A DNA stretch of 63,447 bases, counting the filler. It is 5 parts of 5 records of this genome, joined end to end, with 100 filler letters (N's around TTAATTAATTAA, not from the genome) between each part and the next. Parts side by side here need not be neighbours in the genome. Positions count along the whole stretch, not along the records: positions 1 to 22,651 come from DRR378314_2137; 4 more parts are not named here. One strand, 5' to 3'. The position numbers and the translations under genes were made by a program. The notes beneath the pieces were generated by a model that had not been told where the DNA came from, searched no databases, and was given only the letters and a program-made list of their open reading frames with translations. Shown here in pieces: positions 1 through 9,726 of the stretch (within the stretch, counting starts at the first letter, position 1; each line of letters begins with the position of its first letter).

Positions 1-2905
1 AGTAGCTGCTGTTGTAGTATTTGTAATAGTTGTACCACTTGTTCCAGCATCAACTGTAGCTGTAATCAACAATGTTTCTGAATCTCCATTCGCAATATTT
101 CCAATAGACCAAAGTCCAGTACCGTTCGTGTAAGTTCCTTTACTTACTGTTTCACTAACATAGGTTACACCAGTAGGTAATAGATCTGTTAAGGAAACAT
201 TTGATTCGTCATTGGGACCATTATTGGTTACTTTAATTGAATATATAATGGTATCTCCTTCATCAGGTAAGGTATTGTTTACAGATTTAACTGTGATTAG
301 ATTAGCGCTGGTTACTGTAATTGAAGTAGATAAATTCGGATTTGTAATTGAAGTGTCAGTATGATCACCCAAGGCAGCAGAAGTAGTAGAGTTAATTGTA
401 TTTCCACCTTGACCAACATCAACAGTAGCTTCAATTTTTAAAGTAGCTGTTATTCCATTAGCTATTGAACCAATATTCCATATTCCAGATCCATTGTTAA
501 ATGTTCCTTGTGATGGATTTGCACTTACATAGGTTAAGCCAGTTGGTATTAAACTAGTTAAGTTAATATTATTATCTGTTGAAGGCCCATTATTGACTAC
601 AGATATTAAGTAAGTTACAGTGCTTCCTACATTTGGAGAAGGGTTGTCTACTGATATACTTGTGGCTAATTTTGCTGATTGAACATTGATAGAAGTTGAT
701 AATATATCGCCATTTGTAGTTGGGTCTACTTGATCACCAGAAGCTGGATTAATTGATTTAAATGTATAAGAATTACCACCTGTTGAAGAATCTACAATTG
801 CGGTTATATTTAAAGTAGAAGTTGCTCCAGAAGCAATATTTCCTAAAGTCCAAATTCCAGTAGAATTAACGTAGGCACCAACTCCATCATCACTCACAAA
901 AGTAGCACCTGTTATTGGCCAATTATCTGTAGTTAAAGACACATTGGTTTCATCACTAGGTCCTGCATTTCTAACTTTTATTGTAAAAATAATAGTTTCT
1001 CCTTCTGTAGGATTTGGATTGTTTACAGAGAAATTTGTAATTAAATTAGCTGAAGTAGGAGTTAAAGATTGGCTTAATATATCACCAGCTGTAGTAGAAT
1101 CTGTTTGATTACCAGATGCAGCAGTTGTGTTAACGGTAATTAATTGATTTCCTTGATCAGTGTTTACAGTGGTGTTTACAGTTAAAGTTGCCGATGCTCC
1201 ATTAGTCAAATCTCCTACAGTCCAAATACCTGTTCCATTAACATAAGTACCACCATTTGTATTGCTGCTACTAACAAAGTTTAAACCATTTGGTACTAAG
1301 TTTGTTAAAGAAACATCAGTTGCATTTCCAGGACCATTATTGGTTACTGTAATTGTATAACTAAATAAGTCATTTACATTTGGAGTAGTATTTGGTATTG
1401 ATAAAACAGTTACTAAATTTGCACTCGTGATACTAATTGTTGATGCTAAAATATCTCCAGAAGTATTGCTGTCAGTTTCAGTAGAGGAAACTGAACTAAT
1501 AGTATTTGTAATATGAGATCCTGCAGTTCCACTATCTACTGTTGCTGTAATTTCTAATGTTTCTACTGCACCATTAACAATTGAGCCAATGGTCCATACA
1601 CCAGTACCATTCAGATAGGCCCCAGCTCCATTATCTGATACATAGGTTACTCCAGTTGGTAATAAATCTGTTACAATTACATTTGTAGCGGTATCTGTAC
1701 CTGAGTTTGTAACTGTTAAGGTGTATTTAATTGTAGATCCTTCATTAGGTGTGGTATTATCCACCATATTTGTAGTAACTAAATTGACACTTTTTATGGT
1801 AATGTCTGCTGTAGTAACTGGCAGAGTATTGGATAGACTTTGATCAGTATTGATTTTTGTAACACCAGTTGAAATTGTTGTTCCAGCTGTACCAGAATTT
1901 ACGGTTGATGTAATTTCTAAACTAACATTTGCACCATTTGCTAGTGTTGCTGGATTCCATATTCCTGTTGCAGAATTGTATGTGCCACCTCCATTATCTG
2001 AAACATAAGTGACTCCAGATGGAAGTATTGTAGTCAAAGCTATTCCGCTTGCCGAATTTGCACCACCATTGACAATGTTTATGGTATATTTTATGGTGTC
2101 TCCCTCATTTGGTGCTGTATTATCTACAGCGATTGTTGTAGTTAAGGCAGCTTGATTTACGGTAACTCCAGTAGTTAAAATATCTCCAGTTGTAGTTGGG
2201 TCCGTTTCTGTTAAAGAAGCTGCAATAGTCGAATTGATGGTGTTTCCTGCTTGTCCCGTATTAACAGCTCCAACCACATGTAATATTGCATTCGAACCTG
2301 CAGCTAAATTTCCAATAGTCCAAACTCCAGTACCATGCACATAAGCTCCGGCGCCATCATCAGATGTATAGGTGATTCCGGTAGGTAGTGCAGCAGAAGT
2401 TATCGTTACATTGGTTGCGTCCGACGGTCCATTATTAGTAACTTTTATCTGGTAGGTAATTTCGTCGCCTTCATTAGGAGTTGCATTATTAACTGTTAAT
2501 ATCGTGACAAGATTGCTTTGTGCAACTGGAACAACTGTTGTTGTTGCATAATCATCTTCAGCACTATTTCCGTTTGCTGGAGTAGAATCTGGATCGTCTT
2601 GGTCAGAAAAAGTGATTTCTGCAACTTGAGCATAAGGACCTGTTGCGTTCACAGTTGCCGTAATGGTTATGTTTTCATTTGCTCCATTGTTGATCGAACC
2701 TACAAACCAATTTCCAGTGGTTGAATTATAAGTACCAGCACTTGGTGTGCTACTTACATACGTAAAACCAGTTGGCAACAAACTATTAACATCTACGTTA
2801 GTTGCATTACTTGGTCCAGAATTAGATACTGTAATTGTAAAGATTACATTATCACCAACATTTGGTGCACTCTTGTCAACCACCAATGCAATACTTAAAT
2901 CTGCT
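1..2905 (-). repeat. Tandem DUF11-type domain repeats (~370-bp period, 8 copies, last one truncated)
   Basis: Recurring motif of the form (A/V)xLxT...VDNxxPN(E/V)GDxIxYTIxVTNxGPxxAT...LPxGxTYVS...G.Y....G.WT(I/V)G.LA.G, starting near 2905, 2518, 2152, 1790, 1422, 1050, 675 and 306. Confidence 0.85.
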
Positions 2906-5900
2906 TCGTCATCTACAGAAATTGTAACGGTTGCTGAAGCACTAACTGAAGTAGGTATATTAGTCACCTCGTAAATTACTGTAACATCAGTCCCTGCTTC
3001 TGCCAATGTTGGCGTATAGGTTAATTTACCAGTAAGATTATTAAAAGCTATGGTTCCGGTTGCGGTTCCTCCATTTTGAGTGATTGCTGTATTTGCACCG
3101 GCTATAAAATCATCATTCATTAAAAGATCAATCTCCGTTGCAACGCCTACCTTTACGGTTGCGATATCATTATTTGCAACTGGGCTATTTGGATTAGGGT
3201 CTGTAGCATTCCCATTACCATCTCCATCAATATCTGGATCTGTAACATCCGGAATTCCATCTAAATCTGTATCTTTTTGAACCACCACCGTAACGGTGCC
3301 ATTGGTGCAGTTAGTTGGGTCAATATTTTCACATATGGTATATTCTAAAAAGTAAATTCCTTCAGTTACAGCACTTGTCATACTAACTTCTCCTGTTGTC
3401 GTATTTAGTGTAATTCCAGCATTACTTGTACTAACCTGAGTTAAAGTAACATTTGCAATTAAGGCTGCAGCATGATCAACTAAATCGTTGGTTAATACAT
3501 TAATAAAACTAGCTAAGGCTTTCTTCTCTACAATTGTACTATTATCTGGATTTGCATTTATAACATGTGAATTTAAAATTATTAAGCCTTCATTTGACGT
3601 AATATCAGAATCACAGATATAAGAAGGAGTAGAGATAACAACTCTGTATAAATTTCCATTAAAAGCACTTGAATTTGGAGTAACAATTAATGTGTTTGTT
3701 GTTGTTCCAGTAAAATTAGCATTGTCAGAAATATCTGACCAAACTCCTCCACTTGGTTGTTCTTGCCATTGGTATGTTGGTTCAGTTCCTGTACCCTGAG
3801 TAGAAGCTTTAACTACAAAAGTAACAGGTTTGTTAATGTTTGAGATATGATCTGCTGGTTGATCTGTAATGGCAACTAAAGATTTACTCGCTTGTTTAAA
3901 ATCCCAAGTACCGTTATTGTCATTATCTGTTGGTAAGGTAGTATATGAATTACCTGATACACCTGCTACAATAACCAAACCATTAGCATCGACTGCTGGG
4001 TTTACTCCAAAATCAGTTGCAGCTCCATACACTTCTTTGGTATCTGAACAACCATCATTATCAGAATCTGTGTCTAATGAATTAATAATTCCATCATTGT
4101 CAACATCAGCATTTACGGCATCCTCAACAGTGTCAAAGATTCCGTCATTATCGTCATCCAGATCATCTATATCTGCAACTAAATCACCATCAGAATCTTT
4201 TAATATTGTAATTGTAATTACGCCTTTATTTGCAATTGTTGTACAATTTGTAAAGTCTACAATTTCACATAATTGGTACTCTAAGGTGTAAGTCCCTGGG
4301 GTTAATGTTCCGTCAGTGTTAACTTCACCTGTTGTTGTGTTTAATGTTAAACCAGTTATAGGATTGCCTAATAAGGTAATGGTTACATTAGATACTGTTG
4401 CGCCAACCCCATTTACCAAATCGTTTGATAGGATATCCGCAATTACTTGACCAGTTCCTTTTTCTACGAAGGACATAGAATCTGCTCCGGTAACAATGTC
4501 ATGAGACTTTATTGTTAATTGTGCCGAGCTTGAAGTTATTTCGGTATCACAACTATAAGAAGGAGACGTGATTACTGCTCTATATAAATTTCCACTTTGG
4601 CTCGTTTGAAGGTTTGAAACCGTTAAAGTTCTTGTGCTTGAACCAGCATAATTGGCGCCATCAACTAATGGTGTCCAGGTTGATGCTCCTTGTTTTTTCT
4701 CTTCCCATTGGTAAATAAAAGCGGTTCCTGTTCCAGAAATATCTGGCGTTACAGTAAAAGTTGCTGTATCTGTAATGAGTTTATCGATTTGATTGACTGG
4801 TTGTGTAGTGACACCATTTAATTTTTGACTTATTTGTTTGAAGTCATCAATACCATTTGAATCTAAATCTGCTGGTGTAGCATAAGAAGCGCCAATAACC
4901 TTACCATCTGCATCTACAACTGGAGTTCCTGAGCCAAAAACACCATCACCATCAGCATCGTTTCCTAATCCATAGGCTTCTATAACATCATTACAACCAT
5001 CACCATCAGAATCTAAATCTAAAGAATTTGATACTCCGTCTAAATCTATATCTGTACCTGGACAAGAACTTAATGGAATTGCTGTGTAAATTAAATTTAG
5101 TGCTAGTTTATCATTATCATTACTAATTGAAGATCCGTTAGAAATACCACCTATTGTGGTTAAAATATCTACATCAGATAATAAAATATCATTGTAAATA
5201 CCGTCTTTAATAATAACTCTTTCATTGTTTTTGTCTAAAGCTAAAACAGCATCATTTTTTGAAGGGTCAGCTGTGTAAACAGCTTGAAAAGAACCTCCTT
5301 GATTAAATTGTGTAACTTTCCCGAACGGCCCATTGAATATACTAGTTGCAGCGCCTATTGTATTTGGTTTGTCTGGGTTGGCATTTCCGGTAACTAACGT
5401 TCTTCCCCATTGAGTTGATGATGCTTGCGTAACAATAACTGTTTTACTAGGATCTGTAGACCAGGTTTTAATAGCAGAAAATTCGGTGCTAGAAAGCCAT
5501 GATTCTATGGCAGGAACTTTGTCTATTCCTCCAATAAAAACAGCGTCTAAGTTTAAAGCATCAAGATCGGCCTTGGTAATAGGGTTAGCTGTGATAGGCA
5601 CTAAAATTATTTCTGTTTTTACAGTTCCAGATGGCCCAAAATTAGCAGGATTTTCAATTTTACTTTTTAACCCTGTCATGTTTTTACCATCTATAGTATA
5701 ACCATCATCTGAATCTAAATCTCTTGAGTTTGGAATGTAACCTAAGCGCATTTGGGAAGGAAGCACACAAGTCCCTTCTACCGTATCTAACACTCCATCA
5801 TTGTCATCATCTAAATCATTAATATCTGCTACTCCGTCTAGATCAGTATCTGCTAATACGGTAACTATTGCTGTTCCGGTTGCGCAATTTGTTGGATCTT

Positions 5901-8900
5901 CATCTTCACAGATTTTATAATAAACTTCATAAATTCCAGCCGGAATATTACCACTTATTACAATAGTCCCATTATTATGATTTAGGCCTATTGTGTTGTT
6001 GGTTCCGCCTGTATAGGTTAGAGTTGTATTTTTAGTTGTTCCTTCAGTAATAGGAATTACTCCTTCAAATAAATCATTATCTAAAACAGATCCAGTTGTA
6101 ACAATTGTACGAGGTCTGTTTACTGTAAATGTATCATTTACAATATTGATGGGATGCGGTGTTACGGTTAAAACAGCCTCTGTTGTTGTTAAATCGGTAT
6201 CACATTCGAAACTCGGGCTTGTAATTTTAGCATAAAAAACATCTCCTGAATTGCTAGATTTAAATCCAGAAACCGTTAAAGTATTAGTTGTTGGACCACT
6301 AATTGTTCCTGAATCTATTAATGCTACTTCTGAACCAGTTCCTCCTTTTTTCGTATACCATTGAACAATTGGTTCGGTACCAATTGCAGAAGTATCAAAA
6401 TCTACAGAGAATACAGCGTCATTATCAATTGTAGACGTAACATCTAAGGGTTGTGCTGTAATACCTATAATACTTTTACTTGATTGTCTATAATCTTGCG
6501 TACCATTGTTATCTCTATCTGGTGGAGTAACAGTATATGCGGTTCCTGCACTATTTAAGTTTGCCGCAATCACAAGACCATTAGAATTTACTCCGCCATT
6601 TGATAAGGTAGGTGTAGCTCCAAATTGTCCGTTACCGTTGGTGTCAACTCCTTTTCCATAGACTTCATCAACGTCAAAACATCCATCATTATCTGTATCA
6701 AGAGATATAAAATCAAAAGTTCCATCACCATCAGTATCTCTATGTGTTTTTACATCAGCAGAAAAGTTTAAGGTTTGATATCCAATTCCACCAGGTCCAG
6801 ATTCATTATTGTAAGCAGTACCAATAGTAACACCAGCTTCAAAATCTACTGCAGGCATAGGGTTAGGTTTTGCACTAGCTTTCATAAACGGCAACGCATC
6901 TTCTCTACCGCCTGCTTTTGTATCTGCCATTAATTTAACAGTTCTGTTTTGTAAATCCAATACCAATTCAGGATTTCCTTCCCCATTCCAAGGAGCCCAA
7001 TTTCCTCCGTCAATATCAAACTTTGCATTAAAAGCGCTAACGCCATTATAAGCTAAGTAGTTAAAGTTTACAACAACAACATTGTTTATTTCTATATAAA
7101 AACCTTCATCAAAATATCCATTACCAGTTGCACTAGATTGGCTTCCTATTTTAAAGCTTACTTTTACATTATTTACATATTCTAAAGGAGCAAAATTTAC
7201 ATCTATGGTTACATAAGACTTAGTACCAATTCCTCCTCCATTACCTGTTTCTGATCTAGAAACTGCCTTAAAAGCAAACTTACCAGGTGTTGATTGATCG
7301 GTTACAATGTATCCGTTTGTAGGAGTGCTTATACCGGTACCAGATTGTGCCGCTACAGTTCTTTGGCTATGAGTATATGTAGATTTTGGGTTTGATGGTG
7401 TAACAGAAGCAAAACCTTCTTGAGTATTTAAGATTCCATCATTATCGGAATCTAAATCATCTTTATCAGGGACACCATCTCCATCAGCATCACTAGCTTC
7501 ATTTGTAATAACGGTAAGCTGTGCAACATTTGAAGTTGCGCCATTATTATCATTTATGGTGTAATTAATAAAAGTAGTTCCTGTATTTGCAGGATTATAA
7601 GATACATGTCCATGAGAATCAACTGTCCATGTGCCATTTTTTGAAAATGTTTTTTGAATCCCTGGTGTTGCTGGGTCTAAATCCACTGTACTGTTATCTA
7701 AAGTACCATCAGGATCAGAATCATTATGTGCAGCATATAATTTTACGGTTAATCCTAATTCTGTACCTACAGTATGGCCAACAGCTACTGGTGCTTGGTT
7801 GACACTTCTAATTCCTAAAACAACAGAAGCAGTGTCAAATCCCCCTAAACCGTCAGAAACTTTATAAGACAAACCAATTGTACCATTATAAGTTTGCCCA
7901 GTTAAAGGTGTAAACAAAAAACTTCCATCTGAATCAATATTAATTTCGCCTTTTCCGGGAAGTACAACTGTGTTTCCAGCGTCATATTCGTTAGAATCTC
8001 CTTCTATTAAAAATTTATCAATAATAAGTGCTCCTGAATTGTTCACATCTGGTCCATTTCCATTGTCTCCCGTTATTAAATTTGCAGATATGGTTGTATT
8101 TTCATCACCTTTGATTAAATCATCTGAAGCTATCGGAGTGTCATTTACAGTTACCGAATATGTTGCTCTATTAGAACTAACTCCTAAATCATCATCAACA
8201 AAAAATAGAATAGAGGCTAATCCATGAAAACCAGATTCTGGAGTAAAAGTAACATTTACTCCTGCGCCAGGCATGTCAACTAGCGTATATGTTCCTTGGC
8301 CACTGATAATTAATGGTGTACCAATAACGCCTTGATTTGACTCTTGATCAGGGTCCATAATATGCAAGGTTAATTTATCAATATTACCATCATCATCTTC
8401 AGCTCCAACAAATAAATCAAGTGTATGATTTTGAGTATCTTGAATTGTTAGTCCTGTAACTTTATCTGTAACTCTAGGTGCACTATTTATATTAACTGTT
8501 TTTGGTAAATCAAAAATTACTTCTCTCTGAAAGCCTAGTGAATGGTATCTATTACCTCTTCCAACTCTTCCATTTCTAAAACTAATAACATCAACATCTT
8601 TATAGTCAATTCTAACAATATATTCCGTATGATCTGTACTAACACCATTAATTGTACCTCCTGTACTGGAAAACCTTGTATATCCATCTGGTTTTTGCGT
8701 TACAACTAGTTTAGATTTATTACCAGGTTGATTTTCTAAAGTATAAGAATTAGTTACTATTGCTTCAAACCATTCATCACCATCAACATCAATAGCTTCT
8801 AGTGTAAATTCTTTTAAATGAATTCCAACTCCCTTATCGTTAGCATTAACGACAGTTCCATCGTATACAAATTCCATCTCCCATTCTACATATCCATTTG

Positions 8901-9243
8901 TACTTGTATTGTTTGTTTCAGGTTCAAACCTAGCGTCTACGCCATTAACCTTATCTAAATAGGTTATTTTAGAATTTTTTATATCTACAATAGTTAATAT
9001 GGCATCAATTATATAATCATTACCATCTACATTAACAGTAGCTACATTTTGATAAATGTATTTAGCACCAATCGTTTTAGTAGGATTACTTCCGGGTAAA
9101 ATAGTAGGTCCGTTAGTAACAGAAAAGGAAGGCTTTACTTGGGAGAATGTTGAGTTAAAAGGAAATGCAAATACAATTATTAGGATTATTTTTAGAATCC
9201 AGATACCTTGGTATTTGTTTTTTTTTGAGTAGTTGATAACCAT
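1..9243 (-). CDS. Giant repetitive surface adhesin (>=3081 aa, 3' end runs off the window): signal peptide, N-terminal domain, bacterial Ig-like domains, TSP3-like Ca-binding repeats, >=8 DUF11 repeats; probably T9SS-secreted
   Basis: Hand translation from ATG at 9243 (MVINYSKKNKYQGIWILKIILIIVFAFPFNSTFSQ). Spot checks at ~7450 (DADGDGVPDKDDLDSDNDGILNTQE), ~3250 (DTDLDGIPDVTDPDIDGDG), ~2550 (SDQDDPDSTPANGNSAEDDYA) and position 1 all fall in the same frame. Absent from the ORF track because it has no stop codon inside the window. Confidence 0.9.
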   Translation of the reverse strand, partial: MVINYSKKNKYQGIWILKIILIIVFAFPFNSTFSQVKPSFSVTNGPTILPGSNPTKTIGAKYIYQNVATVNVDGNDYIIDAILTIVDIKNSKITYLDKVNGVDARFEPETNNTSTNGYVEWEMEFVYDGTVVNANDKGVGIHLKEFTLEAIDVDGDEWFEAIVTNSYTLENQPGNKSKLVVTQKPDGYTRFSSTGGTINGVSTDHTEYIVRIDYKDVDVISFRNGRVGRGNRYHSLGFQREVIFDLPKTVNINSAPRVTDKVTGLTIQDTQNHTLDLFVGAEDDDGNIDKLTLHIMDPDQESNQGVIGTPLIISGQGTYTLVDMPGAGVNVTFTPESGFHGLASILFFVDDDLGVSSNRATYSVTVNDTPIASDDLIKGDENTTISANLITGDNGNGPDVNNSGALIIDKFLIEGDSNEYDAGNTVVLPGKGEINIDSDGSFLFTPLTGQTYNGTIGLSYKVSDGLGGFDTASVVLGIRSVNQAPVAVGHTVGTELGLTVKLYAAHNDSDPDGTLDNSTVDLDPATPGIQKTFSKNGTWTVDSHGHVSYNPANTGTTFINYTINDNNGATSNVAQLTVITNEASDADGDGVPDKDDLDSDNDGILNTQEGFASVTPSNPKSTYTHSQRTVAAQSGTGISTPTNGYIVTDQSTPGKFAFKAVSRSETGNGGGIGTKSYVTIDVNFAPLEYVNNVKVSFKIGSQSSATGNGYFDEGFYIEINNVVVVNFNYLAYNGVSAFNAKFDIDGGNWAPWNGEGNPELVLDLQNRTVKLMADTKAGGREDALPFMKASAKPNPMPAVDFEAGVTIGTAYNNESGPGGIGYQTLNFSADVKTHRDTDGDGTFDFISLDTDNDGCFDVDEVYGKGVDTNGNGQFGATPTLSNGGVNSNGLVIAANLNSAGTAYTVTPPDRDNNGTQDYRQSSKSIIGITAQPLDVTSTIDNDAVFSVDFDTSAIGTEPIVQWYTKKGGTGSEVALIDSGTISGPTTNTLTVSGFKSSNSGDVFYAKITSPSFECDTDLTTTEAVLTVTPHPINIVNDTFTVNRPRTIVTTGSVLDNDLFEGVIPITEGTTKNTTLTYTGGTNNTIGLNHNNGTIVISGNIPAGIYEVYYKICEDEDPTNCATGTAIVTVLADTDLDGVADINDLDDDNDGVLDTVEGTCVLPSQMRLGYIPNSRDLDSDDGYTIDGKNMTGLKSKIENPANFGPSGTVKTEIILVPITANPITKADLDALNLDAVFIGGIDKVPAIESWLSSTEFSAIKTWSTDPSKTVIVTQASSTQWGRTLVTGNANPDKPNTIGAATSIFNGPFGKVTQFNQGGSFQAVYTADPSKNDAVLALDKNNERVIIKDGIYNDILLSDVDILTTIGGISNGSSISNDNDKLALNLIYTAIPLSSCPGTDIDLDGVSNSLDLDSDGDGCNDVIEAYGLGNDADGDGVFGSGTPVVDADGKVIGASYATPADLDSNGIDDFKQISQKLNGVTTQPVNQIDKLITDTATFTVTPDISGTGTAFIYQWEEKKQGASTWTPLVDGANYAGSSTRTLTVSNLQTSQSGNLYRAVITSPSYSCDTEITSSSAQLTIKSHDIVTGADSMSFVEKGTGQVIADILSNDLVNGVGATVSNVTITLLGNPITGLTLNTTTGEVNTDGTLTPGTYTLEYQLCEIVDFTNCTTIANKGVITITILKDSDGDLVADIDDLDDDNDGIFDTVEDAVNADVDNDGIINSLDTDSDNDGCSDTKEVYGAATDFGVNPAVDANGLVIVAGVSGNSYTTLPTDNDNNGTWDFKQASKSLVAITDQPADHISNINKPVTFVVKASTQGTGTEPTYQWQEQPSGGVWSDISDNANFTGTTTNTLIVTPNSSAFNGNLYRVVISTPSYICDSDITSNEGLIILNSHVINANPDNSTIVEKKALASFINVLTNDLVDHAAALIANVTLTQVSTSNAGITLNTTTGEVSMTSAVTEGIYFLEYTICENIDPTNCTNGTVTVVVQKDTDLDGIPDVTDPDIDGDGNGNATDPNPNSPVANNDIATVKVGVATEIDLLMNDDFIAGANTAITQNGGTATGTIAFNNLTGKLTYTPTLAEAGTDVTVIYEVTNIPTSVSASATVTISVDDEADLSIALVVDKSAPNVGDNVIFTITVSNSGPSNATNVDVNSLLPTGFTYVSSTPSAGTYNSTTGNWFVGSINNGANENITITATVNATGPYAQVAEITFSDQDDPDSTPANGNSAEDDYATTTVVPVAQSNLVTILTVNNATPNEGDEITYQIKVTNNGPSDATNVTITSAALPTGITYTSDDGAGAYVHGTGVWTIGNLAAGSNAILHVVGAVNTGQAGNTINSTIAASLTETDPTTTGDILTTGVTVNQAALTTTIAVDNTAPNEGDTIKYTINIVNGGANSASGIALTTILPSGVTYVSDNGGGTYNSATGIWNPATLANGANVSLEITSTVNSGTAGTTISTGVTKINTDQSLSNTLPVTTADITIKSVNLVTTNMVDNTTPNEGSTIKYTLTVTNSGTDTATNVIVTDLLPTGVTYVSDNGAGAYLNGTGVWTIGSIVNGAVETLEITATVDSGTAGSHITNTISSVSSTETDSNTSGDILASTISITSANLVTVLSIPNTTPNVNDLFSYTITVTNNGPGNATDVSLTNLVPNGLNFVSSSNTNGGTYVNGTGIWTVGDLTNGASATLTVNTTVNTDQGNQLITVNTTAASGNQTDSTTAGDILSQSLTPTSANLITNFSVNNPNPTEGETIIFTIKVRNAGPSDETNVSLTTDNWPITGATFVSDDGVGAYVNSTGIWTLGNIASGATSTLNITAIVDSSTGGNSYTFKSINPASGDQVDPTTNGDILSTSINVQSAKLATSISVDNPSPNVGSTVTYLISVVNNGPSTDNNINLTSLIPTGLTYVSANPSQGTFNNGSGIWNIGSIANGITATLKIEATVDVGQGGNTINSTTSAALGDHTDTSITNPNLSTSITVTSANLITVKSVNNTLPDEGDTIIYSIKVTNNGPNDESNVSLTDLLPTGVTYVSETVSKGTYTNGTGLWSIGNIANGDSETLLITATVDAGTSGTTITNTTTAAT

Positions 9244-9530
9244 TTAAAAAATGTTATAATATTAATAGACTTATTCAATTTTTTTAGAGGAGCCTCTAAT
9301 TTAAAAAAAAATAAAGAAAAATTTAACATTTATTTAGTAATTGTAATTTGGTTTAAAAAAGCAACTTCTAAAAATCATTATATAATTGTGAGTGATTTGC
9401 TAATATCTTTTTAAGATTTATATATGAGCCTCCCCCTAATTTAGTTGGTAAAGAATATAGTGTTAGTGAGAAAATGATTTTATTATTATTGATAAAAAAA
9501 TAAAACAAAAAGAGAATGTATTTCAAGAAT

Positions 9531-9560
9531 AAAAATTGACGAAAATTGACGAAAATTGAC
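9531..9560. repeat. Three tandem 10-bp direct repeats (RAAAATTGAC) upstream of the adhesin
   Basis: aaaaattgac gaaaattgac gaaaattgac read directly. Confidence 0.85.
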
Positions 9561-9726
9561 AAAAGGATCTTTTTAGGCAATATTATTTCCTAAATGATAT
9601 AAACATTCTCTAACAACAATTGGATATTTGGTAAAAGTATGAGTTTTTCATATAATTCTACAAATAGATTATATTAATTAAGAGATGAGAATTTCAAATT
9701 GATTAATTTTTTAGAATAATATAAAA

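Noticed and set aside
2518..8227. Seven short plus-strand ORFs in the track
   Set aside because: Antisense shadows of the giant minus-strand adhesin
9218..9226. A9 run in codons 6-9 of the adhesin as a phase-variation switch
   Set aside because: Lys/Asn codons in an AT-rich signal-peptide n-region; similar runs are common in this contig, so there is no support without read-level indels
9531..9560. Tandem repeats as a CRISPR array
   Set aside because: 10-bp units without spacers; no cas genes anywhere in the window
9368..9580. 70-aa minus-strand ORF
   Set aside because: Low-complexity translation of an AT-rich regulatory region that crosses the tandem repeats; no recognisable motif
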